A stretch of 64,000 nt of DNA from a virus (lineage: Duplodnaviria; Caudoviricetes), in IMG/VR virus record IMGVR_UViG_3300037067_009225, positions 1 to 64,000 of that record. One strand, written 5' to 3'. Shown in pieces: positions 49,066-58,583 of the stretch. Below the pieces are notes generated by a model. The model did not search any database. It was not told the DNA's origin and was given only the letters and a program-made list of their open reading frames with translations. Position 1 is the stretch's first letter. Each line of letters begins with the position of its first letter. Made by a program: the position numbers and the translations under genes.

Positions 49066-49502
49066 ATTTCTTTTAAATATATAAAATCTATTTCATCTGT
49101 TGTGTCTAATTGGTATTCTGCAACAGAACCAAGCCAATATAAATAATCACCTTGTTGTTCTGTTCCTTTAGCTCTTTTTGTTATACCACTATCATTAGAA
49201 AAATAACACATATCATTTACACCATTACCAACATCTACAATTAAACCATTAATATAAACATTAACAATAGATGTTGGAGAATCTATAATAGCAGTATTAC
49301 AAGCTAAATCACCATCTGATGTAGTAACTAACCCTGCCATATTTAAATTAGAATCCGAATAAACTGCAGTTACACCACTCACTTGTTTAACATATTCAAC
49401 AGTAGCAACTAAAGATGTTTGTGCAGATAATGGTGTTTCTAAATTGAATTTATCTTGTGTTACACTATAATCTTTTATTTGTTTATTTTTAACTCTTTTC
49501 AT
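49062..49502 (-). CDS. paralog family C, putative virion structural protein
   Basis: DGDLAC..VY.NG..CYFS.D.G..GD.LYW shared with 50250 and 50766 ORFs. Confidence 0.7.
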   Translation of the reverse strand: MKRVKNKQIKDYSVTQDKFNLETPLSAQTSLVATVEYVKQVSGVTAVYSDSNLNMAGLVTTSDGDLACNTAIIDSPTSIVNVYINGLIVDVGNGVNDMCYFSNDSGITKRAKGTEQQGDYLYWLGSVAEYQLDTTDEIDFIYLKEI

Positions 49503-49747
49503 TTATTCAGTTTTTTATATTCTTTTAATGTTAATAAACCTAATTCTTTTATTTTATCTTCGATATCTTGTTTTGTTTCACCAATAAAAACTTTTTGTGT
49601 TGTTCCAATACTACCATTATCTATAAATTTATTCATTTTTATAATTTTAGTATCTTCTTCCCATACTAACACCCAAACATCATATACTATTATATTTTTT
49701 ATTTTTGCCATATTATTATATATTTTTAATTTGTAGTCACAGTCCAA
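49499..49747 (-). CDS. hypothetical protein
   Basis: ORF in operon. Confidence 0.5.
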   Translation of the reverse strand: MDCDYKLKIYNNMAKIKNIIVYDVWVLVWEEDTKIIKMNKFIDNGSIGTTQKVFIGETKQDIEDKIKELGLLTLKEYKKLNK

Positions 49748-50247
49748 CCATTTGAAATTAATGTTGCTTTATCAGTTAAACCTTGTCCACTTGGAGCTCC
49801 CATATTTGTACCATTAAGTAATAATGTACCACTTGGTACAGTTGTGTTGACAAATTTTGCTAAAATAGCATTAACTTCTGTTGTGGATAAATTATTATTT
49901 GCTAAATCACAAAAACTTATTTGATTTATATCAAAAGTGACAGCAGAAATTTGATTATCACTAAAATCTAAATATGTTATTTTATTATTTATATTTGGCA
50001 TGTTGGTTAATAAATTAGAACTCAAATCTAATAAATCTATATTCAATCTACTATCTGATAAATCTGGTGCTATTGTTATACTTGAACCACTCAATATCAA
50101 CTCATCAATGGTATCTACATCACCACTTATATTTATTATATAATCTTTATTTACTGAATATATTTTTGTTACAGTATAATAATCATTATTATTTAATGTT
50201 ACACCTGTATTACCACCATCACCCCATTTAATAATTATATTTGACAT
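49726..50247 (-). CDS. leucine-rich repeat protein
   Basis: LDLSSNLLT, LDFSDNQIS, CDLANNNLS; C-terminal NGWTVTTN. Confidence 0.7.
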   Translation of the reverse strand: MSNIIIKWGDGGNTGVTLNNNDYYTVTKIYSVNKDYIINISGDVDTIDELILSGSSITIAPDLSDSRLNIDLLDLSSNLLTNMPNINNKITYLDFSDNQISAVTFDINQISFCDLANNNLSTTEVNAILAKFVNTTVPSGTLLLNGTNMGAPSGQGLTDKATLISNGWTVTTN

Positions 50248-50249
50248 GT

Positions 50250-50759
50250 TTACTTTATTCTTATTTTTACTGTATTAAAAGATGCTTGTGATGTTACAAA
50301 ATTTAAATTTAATATTTCTTGTTGATTAATTTTAACCATATAATTAAAATCTAAAATATCATCTATATCTAAATTATATCCAGCAACAGATGTGTTCCAA
50401 TATAATTTATCACCTTGTTGTTCTTGTCCACTATCTCTTGCTGTTGTTCCACTATCACCAGAAAAATAACAATCATATGGTGATGTTTTACCACCAGCAT
50501 TTAATTCTAAACCATTTAAAAAAACCCTAACAAAAGATTCTGGAACATCATATATTTCATATATACAAGCTAAATCTCCATCAGTTGTTGTAGATAATGC
50601 TGGCATATTTAAATTATTTTTAGATAATTCTAATTTAGTACCACCACTTAAATTAACATATTCAACTGTCGCAATAGATGATAAAGACTGTGATGTAGTT
50701 AAATTTAATTTTTTTTGTGATATAGCTGAATTTTCTAATTGTTTTCCTTTTACTTTCAT
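50250..50759 (-). CDS. paralog family C
   Basis: same motifs as 49062 ORF. Confidence 0.7.
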   Translation of the reverse strand: MKVKGKQLENSAISQKKLNLTTSQSLSSIATVEYVNLSGGTKLELSKNNLNMPALSTTTDGDLACIYEIYDVPESFVRVFLNGLELNAGGKTSPYDCYFSGDSGTTARDSGQEQQGDKLYWNTSVAGYNLDIDDILDFNYMVKINQQEILNLNFVTSQASFNTVKIRIK

Positions 50760-50765
50760 TAATTA

Positions 50766-51206
50766 TTATTTATTTTTTAAATATATAAAATCAATTATAT
50801 CACCATCAACTGAACTTAATTGATATCCAGATATACTACCATTCCAATATAAATAATCACCTATTGTTTCTTCTCCAATATCTTTTGCTGTTACACCATT
50901 ATCATTAGAAAAATAACATGATTCACCATTACCAATAGTAACTTCAATACCATTTACGTAAACTCTAACAAGACTTTTTGGTATATCTAATATAGCAACA
51001 CTACAAGCTAAATCACCATCTGATGATGTTGTAGATGCAGACATTGAAAGATTACTATTTGAATATGTTAAATTGTTACCACTACCATATAAATTTACAT
51101 AATCAACAGTAGCACCAGATAATGTATCTCCACTATTTGGTGTTGTTAAACTAACTTTTTCTTGTGTTATTGTACTTTCTAATATTTGTTTACCAGAAAC
51201 TTTCAT
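50766..51206 (-). CDS. paralog family C
   Basis: same motifs as 49062 ORF. Confidence 0.7.
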   Translation of the reverse strand: MKVSGKQILESTITQEKVSLTTPNSGDTLSGATVDYVNLYGSGNNLTYSNSNLSMSASTTSSDGDLACSVAILDIPKSLVRVYVNGIEVTIGNGESCYFSNDNGVTAKDIGEETIGDYLYWNGSISGYQLSSVDGDIIDFIYLKNK

Positions 51207-51268
51207 AAATAAAATCCAAAAATATTTTTATTTATATATAAAAAATTTGGATTTTAAATATAAAATAT

Positions 51269-51616
51269 TTAACTTTTATTAAGTAAGTTGTGAATTTTTA
51301 TCTTTCTAAGAACATTATTTACCATATTTTTAAAATATGATATAGATTTATGATTTTTATTTTTAATTATTATATCTTTTGTTATTTCTTCAAATTCAAT
51401 TAAATCTTCATTCTTTGCTCCATTTGGATATAATAATTTTATCTCTGTTGGTCTATCATTAACTGTAACCAATATAAATTCAATATTATATTTATCATTA
51501 ACATTATTTATATTTTTAAATTGTTCTTGGATGTGTGATACACTTTGTTCAACATAATATCTTCTTAATCCACTAACATTGTAATAAAAAGCTAATATAA
51601 TAAGTTGCTTATCCAT
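51269..51616 (-). CDS. hypothetical protein, RxxK tag (RKIKIHNLL)
   Basis: ORF; tail motif. Confidence 0.6.
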   Translation of the reverse strand: MDKQLIILAFYYNVSGLRRYYVEQSVSHIQEQFKNINNVNDKYNIEFILVTVNDRPTEIKLLYPNGAKNEDLIEFEEITKDIIIKNKNHKSISYFKNMVNNVLRKIKIHNLLNKS

Positions 51617-51617
51617 T

Positions 51618-51818
51618 TTAAAAAAACTTCTTTAAAAATTTAATAAATTTACTATCTGTATTTCTTTTTAAAAGTTCAACAGTTTTTTCTAACATATTTA
51701 TTGTCCTACCTTGCAATTCAACAGATTCTTTAAGTAATTTAATTCTTTCTTCTTTATATTCTATTATTTTTTCTAAATCTTTTATAATTTCATTATATTT
51801 TTTTATCATGTTCTGCAT
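51618..51818 (-). CDS. small coiled-coil protein
   Basis: heptad pattern. Confidence 0.5.
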   Translation of the reverse strand: MQNMIKKYNEIIKDLEKIIEYKEERIKLLKESVELQGRTINMLEKTVELLKRNTDSKFIKFLKKFF

Positions 51819-51824
51819 ATTTTT

Positions 51825-52142
51825 CTAAATTATAAAATACAATATTTCTTGACATTTATGAAAAATTTCGACTGCCAATTTAGATTCCATTTCTAATTTT
51901 TTATCATCAACATGTATAAAAACACCCCTTTCTTCTACTTCTACTACTTTAATTATTTTAATCCCAATTTTAAATGTATAAATTAATTCACTATCATAAG
52001 TTGATGGTTTTTTTTCAAGATTCATATCACTAAAAAATTTATTTTTTAAAGCATCTAATATAAAATTTCCTAATTTATCATCTCCTGAAATTTCTTTTTT
52101 ATTTAAAGAAATGAAACTTTCAAACGTTTTAATGTCTTTCAT
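51825..52142 (-). CDS. hypothetical protein, CTS-like leader
   Basis: MKDIKTFESFIS. Confidence 0.6.
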   Translation of the reverse strand: MKDIKTFESFISLNKKEISGDDKLGNFILDALKNKFFSDMNLEKKPSTYDSELIYTFKIGIKIIKVVEVEERGVFIHVDDKKLEMESKLAVEIFHKCQEILYFII

Positions 52143-52195
52143 ATAATATATTTATTTTTTAACAAGTTGATATCAACAATGTTTTTTAATTTGTT

Positions 52196-52672
52196 TTAAA
52201 AATTTTTTCCTAATTTTTCATCATCTTGAACTTCTTGTTCTTCTTCTTTATCATCTTTCTTTGCTTTCTTAATCATTTCAGGTGTTACATCTTTTAATTC
52301 TACATCAAATTCAAGAAATAATTTTTTTGTTTCTTCATCTTCCCATTTATCTTTAAATTTCAATTCAACATCTTTCTTTCTTTTACTAAGAACACCTGAT
52401 GTATATTCATTATTTAACACATCTGTATAACTTATTTTATAATCTTGTTCAGTTACTTCAAATCTAACAGCAGTTGGCGTTTTTTGTTTTTTTAAAAAAT
52501 CATCTAAACTTAAAAATTCAGAATCAACTTTATATTCTGGTTTCTTTGCCTTATCAAACATAGTATCTAAAATATTATCAATATCTTCTACTATATTTTG
52601 AAAATCAGTATTTTCTTTTTTAGATTCTAAAATTTTTTTAAATTCATCAAATCCTAATATATTGTTTCTCAT
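52196..52672 (-). CDS. hypothetical protein, CTS-like leader
   Basis: MRNNILGFDEFKKILE; TAATATATA at 52695-52703. Confidence 0.65.
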   Translation of the reverse strand: MRNNILGFDEFKKILESKKENTDFQNIVEDIDNILDTMFDKAKKPEYKVDSEFLSLDDFLKKQKTPTAVRFEVTEQDYKISYTDVLNNEYTSGVLSKRKKDVELKFKDKWEDEETKKLFLEFDVELKDVTPEMIKKAKKDDKEEEQEVQDDEKLGKNF

Positions 52673-52725
52673 TTTTAAAAAATATTTTTCTTTTTATATA
52701 TTAAAAATGAAAAACCCATTTTTAA

Positions 52726-53199
52726 TCAACCTAATATATTAAAATTATTATTATATAAAATTTTTATAATATCTGAACTATTTTCAAAATCTTCTTCTAT
52801 TTTTAATTTAGCATCAAATAACATATCATGATATAATATGTCATATTTTATTATTTCTACGTCTGGATTATCTTTATCAACAAATTTTATTTTATTAATA
52901 TATTTATTTTCTTTCACCTTAAACTCATATTTGAATGGTTCAAATATAACTTGTTCTTCTTTTATTGTTGTTTTTTTATTTTTATTTAATAGATTGGATT
53001 CTTTTTGCTCTATTTTAAATCTCGTTTCAAATGGAACTTTTGGATATATTTTAATTATTAAATTTATCGGTTTAAATTTTTCGGTTTTTAATATTTTATT
53101 TGTTTTTTTACAAATCCATTTATTAATAAAATTAAAATTCCTATCATCCTCTACCCAATAATTATGGACAATGTAATTGTTCAAATCTATCTTCATCAT
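52726..53199 (-). CDS. hypothetical protein
   Basis: ORF in operon. Confidence 0.55.
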   Translation of the reverse strand: MMKIDLNNYIVHNYWVEDDRNFNFINKWICKKTNKILKTEKFKPINLIIKIYPKVPFETRFKIEQKESNLLNKNKKTTIKEEQVIFEPFKYEFKVKENKYINKIKFVDKDNPDVEIIKYDILYHDMLFDAKLKIEEDFENSSDIIKILYNNNFNILG

Positions 53200-53201
53200 A
53201 T

Positions 53202-53492
53202 TTATCTTTTTTTAAACATTGTTAAAATTTTTTTAATTGTTTTAGTTAAAAAATTATTGTTTATTTCTTCAATTTTTATCTTTCTATTATGTTGTGTTAT
53301 TAGTTTATCTAATTCTTTAATGAATGTTTTATTATCATGTTTTATTATTTCTTCTTGTATCTTCGCATTTATATGAATATAAAAAAAACTTTTATAATAA
53401 TAATTCTCCGATTTATCTAACCAATCAAGATTATTTATTTTATTAGTTACATTATAATATCTATTATTAAAAGTAGAAGACATATTATTCAA
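53202..53492 (-). CDS. small protein, RxxK motif (RKIKIEEI)
   Basis: ORF in operon. Confidence 0.55.
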   Translation of the reverse strand: MNNMSSTFNNRYYNVTNKINNLDWLDKSENYYYKSFFYIHINAKIQEEIIKHDNKTFIKELDKLITQHNRKIKIEEINNNFLTKTIKKILTMFKKR

Positions 53493-53667
53493 TTATACTA
53501 TTAATTTTTAAAATTCTATCATGTTTAAGTTTTCTTTTTTCTATCATTTCTACAAACTTTTCACTATTTAAATATATCATAATAGATTTTTCTTTTGTAG
53601 TAAAATTTTTTTCAAAAAAATCTGTTAATTCTTGTATTTTTATATATTGATAATTCTTAATCTTCAT
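53485..53667 (-). CDS. small protein, RxxK tag (RILKINSII)
   Basis: ORF in operon. Confidence 0.55.
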   Translation of the reverse strand: MKIKNYQYIKIQELTDFFEKNFTTKEKSIMIYLNSEKFVEMIEKRKLKHDRILKINSIIE

Positions 53668-53896
53668 TTCTAATAATTTTTTCTATCTTCTGCTTTCTTT
53701 CCCATTTTAGATATTCACTTTTTATTCTTTTAACGAAAATAGAATTCTCAATTCTTGAATCTATTTTATCTTTATTATTGGAATAAAAATCATAAAATTT
53801 TTCATTACCATTTTTAGTTAACCAATCTTTATTAATGAAAAAATTTCTATAAATTTCAGTATCAACATTATTTACATGTTTTTTAAATTTCATCAT
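53657..53896 (-). CDS. small protein, RxxK tag (RKQKIEKII)
   Basis: TATATTTG at 53915-53922. Confidence 0.6.
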   Translation of the reverse strand: MMKFKKHVNNVDTEIYRNFFINKDWLTKNGNEKFYDFYSNNKDKIDSRIENSIFVKRIKSEYLKWERKQKIEKIIRNED

Positions 53897-53965
53897 ATTT
53901 TAATTTTTATAATACAAATATAATAGTTTTTTTTGATATAATGTTATATTATGTAGATATTTTAA

Positions 53966-54220
53966 TTACAAAATATAACCTTTTAATTTTTCTAATTTAA
54001 ATTTTCTCGATAATTTATGCGCCTTATCATACCACCTATTTATAAATTCAGTAGAAGTATTTTCAAACATAATATATTCAAGTAATGTTGCATATCTTGA
54101 AGAATGAAATATTTGATAAACTTCTTCCATAAATTTTACTTTATCATCAGATTTTATTTTATTTGATGTGTAAACTGAAATTATTTCATTATATTTTTTA
54201 TATAATTCGTTTTTATTCAT
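53966..54220 (-). CDS. small protein, RxxK tag (RKFKLEKL)
   Basis: ORF; tail motif. Confidence 0.6.
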   Translation of the reverse strand: MNKNELYKKYNEIISVYTSNKIKSDDKVKFMEEVYQIFHSSRYATLLEYIMFENTSTEFINRWYDKAHKLSRKFKLEKLKGYIL

Positions 54221-54271
54221 TTTACATTTTTTATTAAATATAATATTTTTTATAAAATAAAAAGAGGTTTT

Positions 54272-55651
54272 TTAACCTCTTTTCATTTTTCTTTCTGCTT
54301 GCCTATCTTTATCTCTTTTCTTAGCAGCAGCTTTTCTTTCTTTCCATGAAACTGATTTACCAGTATCTTTTATATTAAGAATAGGTTTTATTCTATCTAA
54401 AATTACTGCAGTAGGTTCAATAGCTTTTTCTATTATATCACTTCTTTTGTAAGCAAAAGGTGATTCATCAAGTGTTTCTTTACAAACAGATGTTGAATAA
54501 ACACCTTTCATAGTTTCTTTAAACTTTTTCATATCAATAGAAACTTTTGCCTTTGATCTACTGAGCAATCTCCCCGAACCATGTGGGGCTGAAAAGTTCC
54601 AATCTGGATTAGATTTACCTTCACAAAGCAAAATACCATCTCGCATATTAAAAGGTATAATCATCTTTTCTCCTTTATATGATGGAATAGCACCTTTTCT
54701 TATAATGAAATCATTAAAATCAATATAATTATGAATGGTATGAATTACTTCATCATAATCAGATATTTCAATTATGGTTTTAAAAATATCTAACATAGTC
54801 ATTCTATTCCATAAAGCATATTGTTGTGCAAATATCATATCAAACAAATAACCCATCATATTATCACCAGTTAAATATTCTTTATTAATACCAAGACTAT
54901 ATTTATTTTTTAATTCTTCTAATTTTGATGGTATTAAATTCTTAGGAAAAGTATTCATTATAATTTCATCCCTTTCTTTATTATATTCATCGGATGCAAC
55001 TACAACCTTTCCTCTTGCCACATTAGTCCAATAATCAGCAATCTTTAAACCAAAATTTCTTGAACCTGAATGAATAGTAACCCAATATTTTTTGTAATTA
55101 TCTGATCTACCGACTTCTACAAAATGATTACCCGATCCAAGCGTACCAATGGCGTTCCAGAATTTATTGTCATCCATTTTTATTTGCTTCAACTTATTCT
55201 TTAACCATTTTTCATCATAAGTTGGAACAACATAAGATGTACCAAATTTATCATTATATTTTTTTATGAAAATATCAGCAATTTTTTGAACTTCATCAAA
55301 TGGTATGTTTTTTAATCTTTTTCTTTCTTGTAAATTGAAACCCATAGGTATTCTTTCACGAATGAGTGTATCAACCTTTTCAAGATCAATTTTTACATCT
55401 TTTGAAAATGATGCTGATGCCATTCCACATCCAATATCTACGCCAATGTGCATCGGATTTAAATAAACTCCAAGTTCCATAGAAAATCCAATGCAAATCG
55501 AATTTCCTTGGTGGGTATCGGGCATTATTCTTACTTTCAAACCATTAGATGTAGAAGAATTTATTATATCATAAACCTGTTCAAAAACACCTTCTTCAAC
55601 ATCATCAATCATAATGACTGCATCTGTATATTTACCTTTTAATTCTATCAT
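54272..55651 (-). CDS. rtcB: RtcB RNA ligase
   Basis: MPDTH, GVDIGCG, GTLGSGNHF.E, HSGSR, HN, RKGA, SAPHGSGR, DESP.AYK. Confidence 0.93.
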   Translation of the reverse strand: MIELKGKYTDAVIMIDDVEEGVFEQVYDIINSSTSNGLKVRIMPDTHQGNSICIGFSMELGVYLNPMHIGVDIGCGMASASFSKDVKIDLEKVDTLIRERIPMGFNLQERKRLKNIPFDEVQKIADIFIKKYNDKFGTSYVVPTYDEKWLKNKLKQIKMDDNKFWNAIGTLGSGNHFVEVGRSDNYKKYWVTIHSGSRNFGLKIADYWTNVARGKVVVASDEYNKERDEIIMNTFPKNLIPSKLEELKNKYSLGINKEYLTGDNMMGYLFDMIFAQQYALWNRMTMLDIFKTIIEISDYDEVIHTIHNYIDFNDFIIRKGAIPSYKGEKMIIPFNMRDGILLCEGKSNPDWNFSAPHGSGRLLSRSKAKVSIDMKKFKETMKGVYSTSVCKETLDESPFAYKRSDIIEKAIEPTAVILDRIKPILNIKDTGKSVSWKERKAAAKKRDKDRQAERKMKRG

Positions 55652-55754
55652 ATCATTAATTTTGTACAAAAATAAGAAAAAATATTTAATAATAAAATAA
55701 ATTTGTATAAACTTTTATAATATTTATGTATATAATTATAAAAGAAATAATTAT

Positions 55755-56543
55755 ATGGAAATTAATAAAGATGTATCATATATGATTGGTTTGTTCCAAA
55801 CTGATGGTAGTATGTATGAAAATACAAGGAATAGGGGTAGATTTAGTTTAGAATTGGCTATTAGAGATAAAGATATAATATATAAATTGAAAGATATAAT
55901 ACCTTATCACAGTGGAATTAAAATAAAAAGAAAATATTCCCATATTAATAACCATGAATATAATAATGAGTTTATTAGTTTAAAAATTTATAATATAACA
56001 TTTAGAGATTTTTTAATTAAAAGTGGGGTTCCATATGGCAAAAAATCTAATATTATAAAACCTCCATTATATCTAAAAAATTTATCAATAAATGATTATA
56101 TAAGAGGTTTATATGATGGTGATGGTTCTCTTGGTATAACAGCACAAAAGTTTCCATATGTTTCATTTACAACAAAAAGTGATGATATTGCTACATTTTT
56201 ATGTGAAAACATAAGTAGAATAACCAGTAAATCTTTAAAAAATATCAAACGAAATAAAAGAGATGATATATATAATATTGTAATTACTAAAGAAGATGCT
56301 CAATATTTTTGTAATGAAATTTATTATGATGGTTGTCTTTCTATGAATAGGAAAATTGAAAAATCAAATGAAGTTAAATCGTGGATAAGATCAAATGATA
56401 TGATACGTATTGAAAATAAAAAATATTGGACACCAAAAGAAGATGAATATATTTTATCACATACAATAGAAGAATCTATGAATTATTTAGATAGGACAGA
56501 AAAAAGTGTTAAAATTAGATTGTGGAGATTAAAAAATAAATAA
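55755..56543 (+). CDS. LAGLIDADG homing endonuclease (free-standing)
   Basis: YMIGLFQTDGS and YIRGLYDGDGS. Confidence 0.85.
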   Translation: MEINKDVSYMIGLFQTDGSMYENTRNRGRFSLELAIRDKDIIYKLKDIIPYHSGIKIKRKYSHINNHEYNNEFISLKIYNITFRDFLIKSGVPYGKKSNIIKPPLYLKNLSINDYIRGLYDGDGSLGITAQKFPYVSFTTKSDDIATFLCENISRITSKSLKNIKRNKRDDIYNIVITKEDAQYFCNEIYYDGCLSMNRKIEKSNEVKSWIRSNDMIRIENKKYWTPKEDEYILSHTIEESMNYLDRTEKSVKIRLWRLKNK

Positions 56544-56594
56544 ATATTATGAAATATATTTTTTTATTAATCTAAATATCGGAATACGTTAAAT

Positions 56595-57389
56595 TTAATA
56601 ATTCTTCCACAGCGTTTCAATTTTTATTTTCGGCTTCTTATCACCACTTACAGTATTTACTTCAAATTGTATTTTCTGGAAACCATTCTCAGTTAAAATA
56701 TCATACAATTCACAATCATAACCACTAATTAAAATCTTAGCTTTATTATTCAAACAAGCATTAACAAGTTCAACATGACTTTCATTATTCATATCAACTT
56801 TATAACGTGTTGTTGTTCTTTTACTTTGATGATATGGTGGGTCAAGATATAAAAACACATTTTCTGTATTATATTTTTTTATAAGTTCTATACCATTTGT
56901 GTTCATTACAATAACTTTTGATAATCTTTGATGTAATTCTGGTAATCTATCAATTGCACTTAAATAATCAGAAATTGATTTACTCATATTTCTTCTTATA
57001 TAAGTATTTACTGAATATCCACCTATACCATTATGTGACGTTCTATTAACATAGAAAAAATAAAATGCTCTATCCACAATTGATAAATTATCAGTTTTTA
57101 ATAATTCCTTAAACTCTTCTCTTAAATCTTGGTTATAATATGCTAAATCGCATTTATCCTTAAAATTTTGAAACAATTCTTTATCGGATAACACTTTGTA
57201 TAACGAATAAACATTTTGTTCTAAATCGTTGTAAATTTCAACTGGTGCTATATTATTTTTTAACGCTATTGAAAATGAACCACCGAATGGTTCAATATAT
57301 GTATCGTAAGTGTTATATTTTGGAAAATGTTTAACTATATCAGAAAACATATTTGATTTTCCACCAAAATATTTTATTGGACTAACCAT
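56595..57389 (-). CDS. DNA adenine methyltransferase, D12/Dam class
   Basis: KYFGGK, IEPFGGS, YND, YLDPPY. Confidence 0.9.
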   Translation of the reverse strand: MVSPIKYFGGKSNMFSDIVKHFPKYNTYDTYIEPFGGSFSIALKNNIAPVEIYNDLEQNVYSLYKVLSDKELFQNFKDKCDLAYYNQDLREEFKELLKTDNLSIVDRAFYFFYVNRTSHNGIGGYSVNTYIRRNMSKSISDYLSAIDRLPELHQRLSKVIVMNTNGIELIKKYNTENVFLYLDPPYHQSKRTTTRYKVDMNNESHVELVNACLNNKAKILISGYDCELYDILTENGFQKIQFEVNTVSGDKKPKIKIETLWKNY

Positions 57390-57450
57390 TAATAAAATTT
57401 TTATTTTTTATAGTATAGAAAAGTATTTTAGTTTGAATTTTTTTCATAAA

Positions 57451-57479
57451 AAAACCCACAATTTTTAGGTTGTGGGTTT
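57451..57479 (-). terminator. intrinsic terminator after clpP
   Basis: AAACCCACAA/TTGTGGGTTT with A tract on plus strand. Confidence 0.7.
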
Positions 57480-57503
57480 AACAATAACATGAAATTTAAA
57501 TTA

Positions 57504-58190
57504 TTAAGAAATTTTTTCTTTTTTTCTTTCAACAATTTCATCAACAGCACCGTATTCCTTCGCTTCTTGTGCTGTCATCCAAAAATCTCTATCACCATCT
57601 TTTTCAACTTTTTCAAATGGTTGACCAGTTTTATCTACAACAATATTATAAAGTTCTTTCTTCGAAAGATTAACTTCATTAGCTACGATTGTAATATCGC
57701 TTGCTTGACCTTCGACACCACTCATTGGCTGGTGTAAGAGAAATCTTGAATGTTTCAAAGCTGAACGGTAATCACCACAAATTGAAATAATAAAACCCAT
57801 TGATGCAGCAAGTCCACAAACGAGTGTATTAACTTTATTTGGAATATAATTCATAGTATCAACGATACTAAGTCCTGAATACACCCCACCACCAGGAGAG
57901 TTAACATACAGATTTACAGAGTTTTGATCTTTTGAAGCTAAAAATAACAACTGAGCATTAATGATATTGGCAACTGTATCATCAATTCCTGTTCCCAAAA
58001 ATATAATATTATCCATCATCAAACGAGAAAAAACATCCATTTGAGTCACATTCATTTGTCTTTCTTCCAGAATTGTGGGGGAAATGTAACTGGCGTGAAT
58101 ACTATTCATTTTATTCACATAAGAATCAATAGAACTACCACTAACTCCAAGATTACAAGTTGAAAATCTGTAAAAATCATTTCTTTTCAT
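57504..58190 (-). CDS. clpP: ATP-dependent Clp protease proteolytic subunit
   Basis: DVFSRL, NSPGG, GLAASMG (Ser), LHQP (His), DRDFW (Asp); TATATTTG at 58235-58242. Confidence 0.95.
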   Translation of the reverse strand: MKRNDFYRFSTCNLGVSGSSIDSYVNKMNSIHASYISPTILEERQMNVTQMDVFSRLMMDNIIFLGTGIDDTVANIINAQLLFLASKDQNSVNLYVNSPGGGVYSGLSIVDTMNYIPNKVNTLVCGLAASMGFIISICGDYRSALKHSRFLLHQPMSGVEGQASDITIVANEVNLSKKELYNIVVDKTGQPFEKVEKDGDRDFWMTAQEAKEYGAVDEIVERKKEKIS

Positions 58191-58286
58191 AGTTTAAATT
58201 TTTAATTGTTTATAAAAAATATTATTTAGAGTTACAAATATAAAGGAAATAATTTAAATATCATAATTAAATATAAAAAATATTTT

Positions 58287-58583
58287 TTATTCATTAAATA
58301 TATTATTTAGTTTATTTTGTCTTAAAATTTTAGTAAAATTATTTTTTAGATGATATTCAATAATATTAACAATAGATGAATTATCCATTTTTAATTTTCC
58401 AACAATATTATCATAATCATTTTTTGTAAAATCAAAAGATAATTTAAATTTTTCTGATGTTTGTTTATTTTTTAATAATACATTAATGTGTGTTACTGAC
58501 ACACCATAACTAATGAACCGATATTCATCAACACCAGTTTTTGCTTCATAATCTAATAATTCATAATCATTAAAACTGATCAT
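58287..58583 (-). CDS. hypothetical protein, RxxK tag (RQNKLNNIF)
   Basis: ORF; tail motif. Confidence 0.6.
   Translation of the reverse strand: MISFNDYELLDYEAKTGVDEYRFISYGVSVTHINVLLKNKQTSEKFKLSFDFTKNDYDNIVGKLKMDNSSIVNIIEYHLKNNFTKILRQNKLNNIFNE

Noticed and set aside
55755-56543. Intron or intein hosting the LAGLIDADG endonuclease
   Set aside because: Flanking rtcB and methyltransferase genes are complete and on the opposite strand; no splice motifs seen
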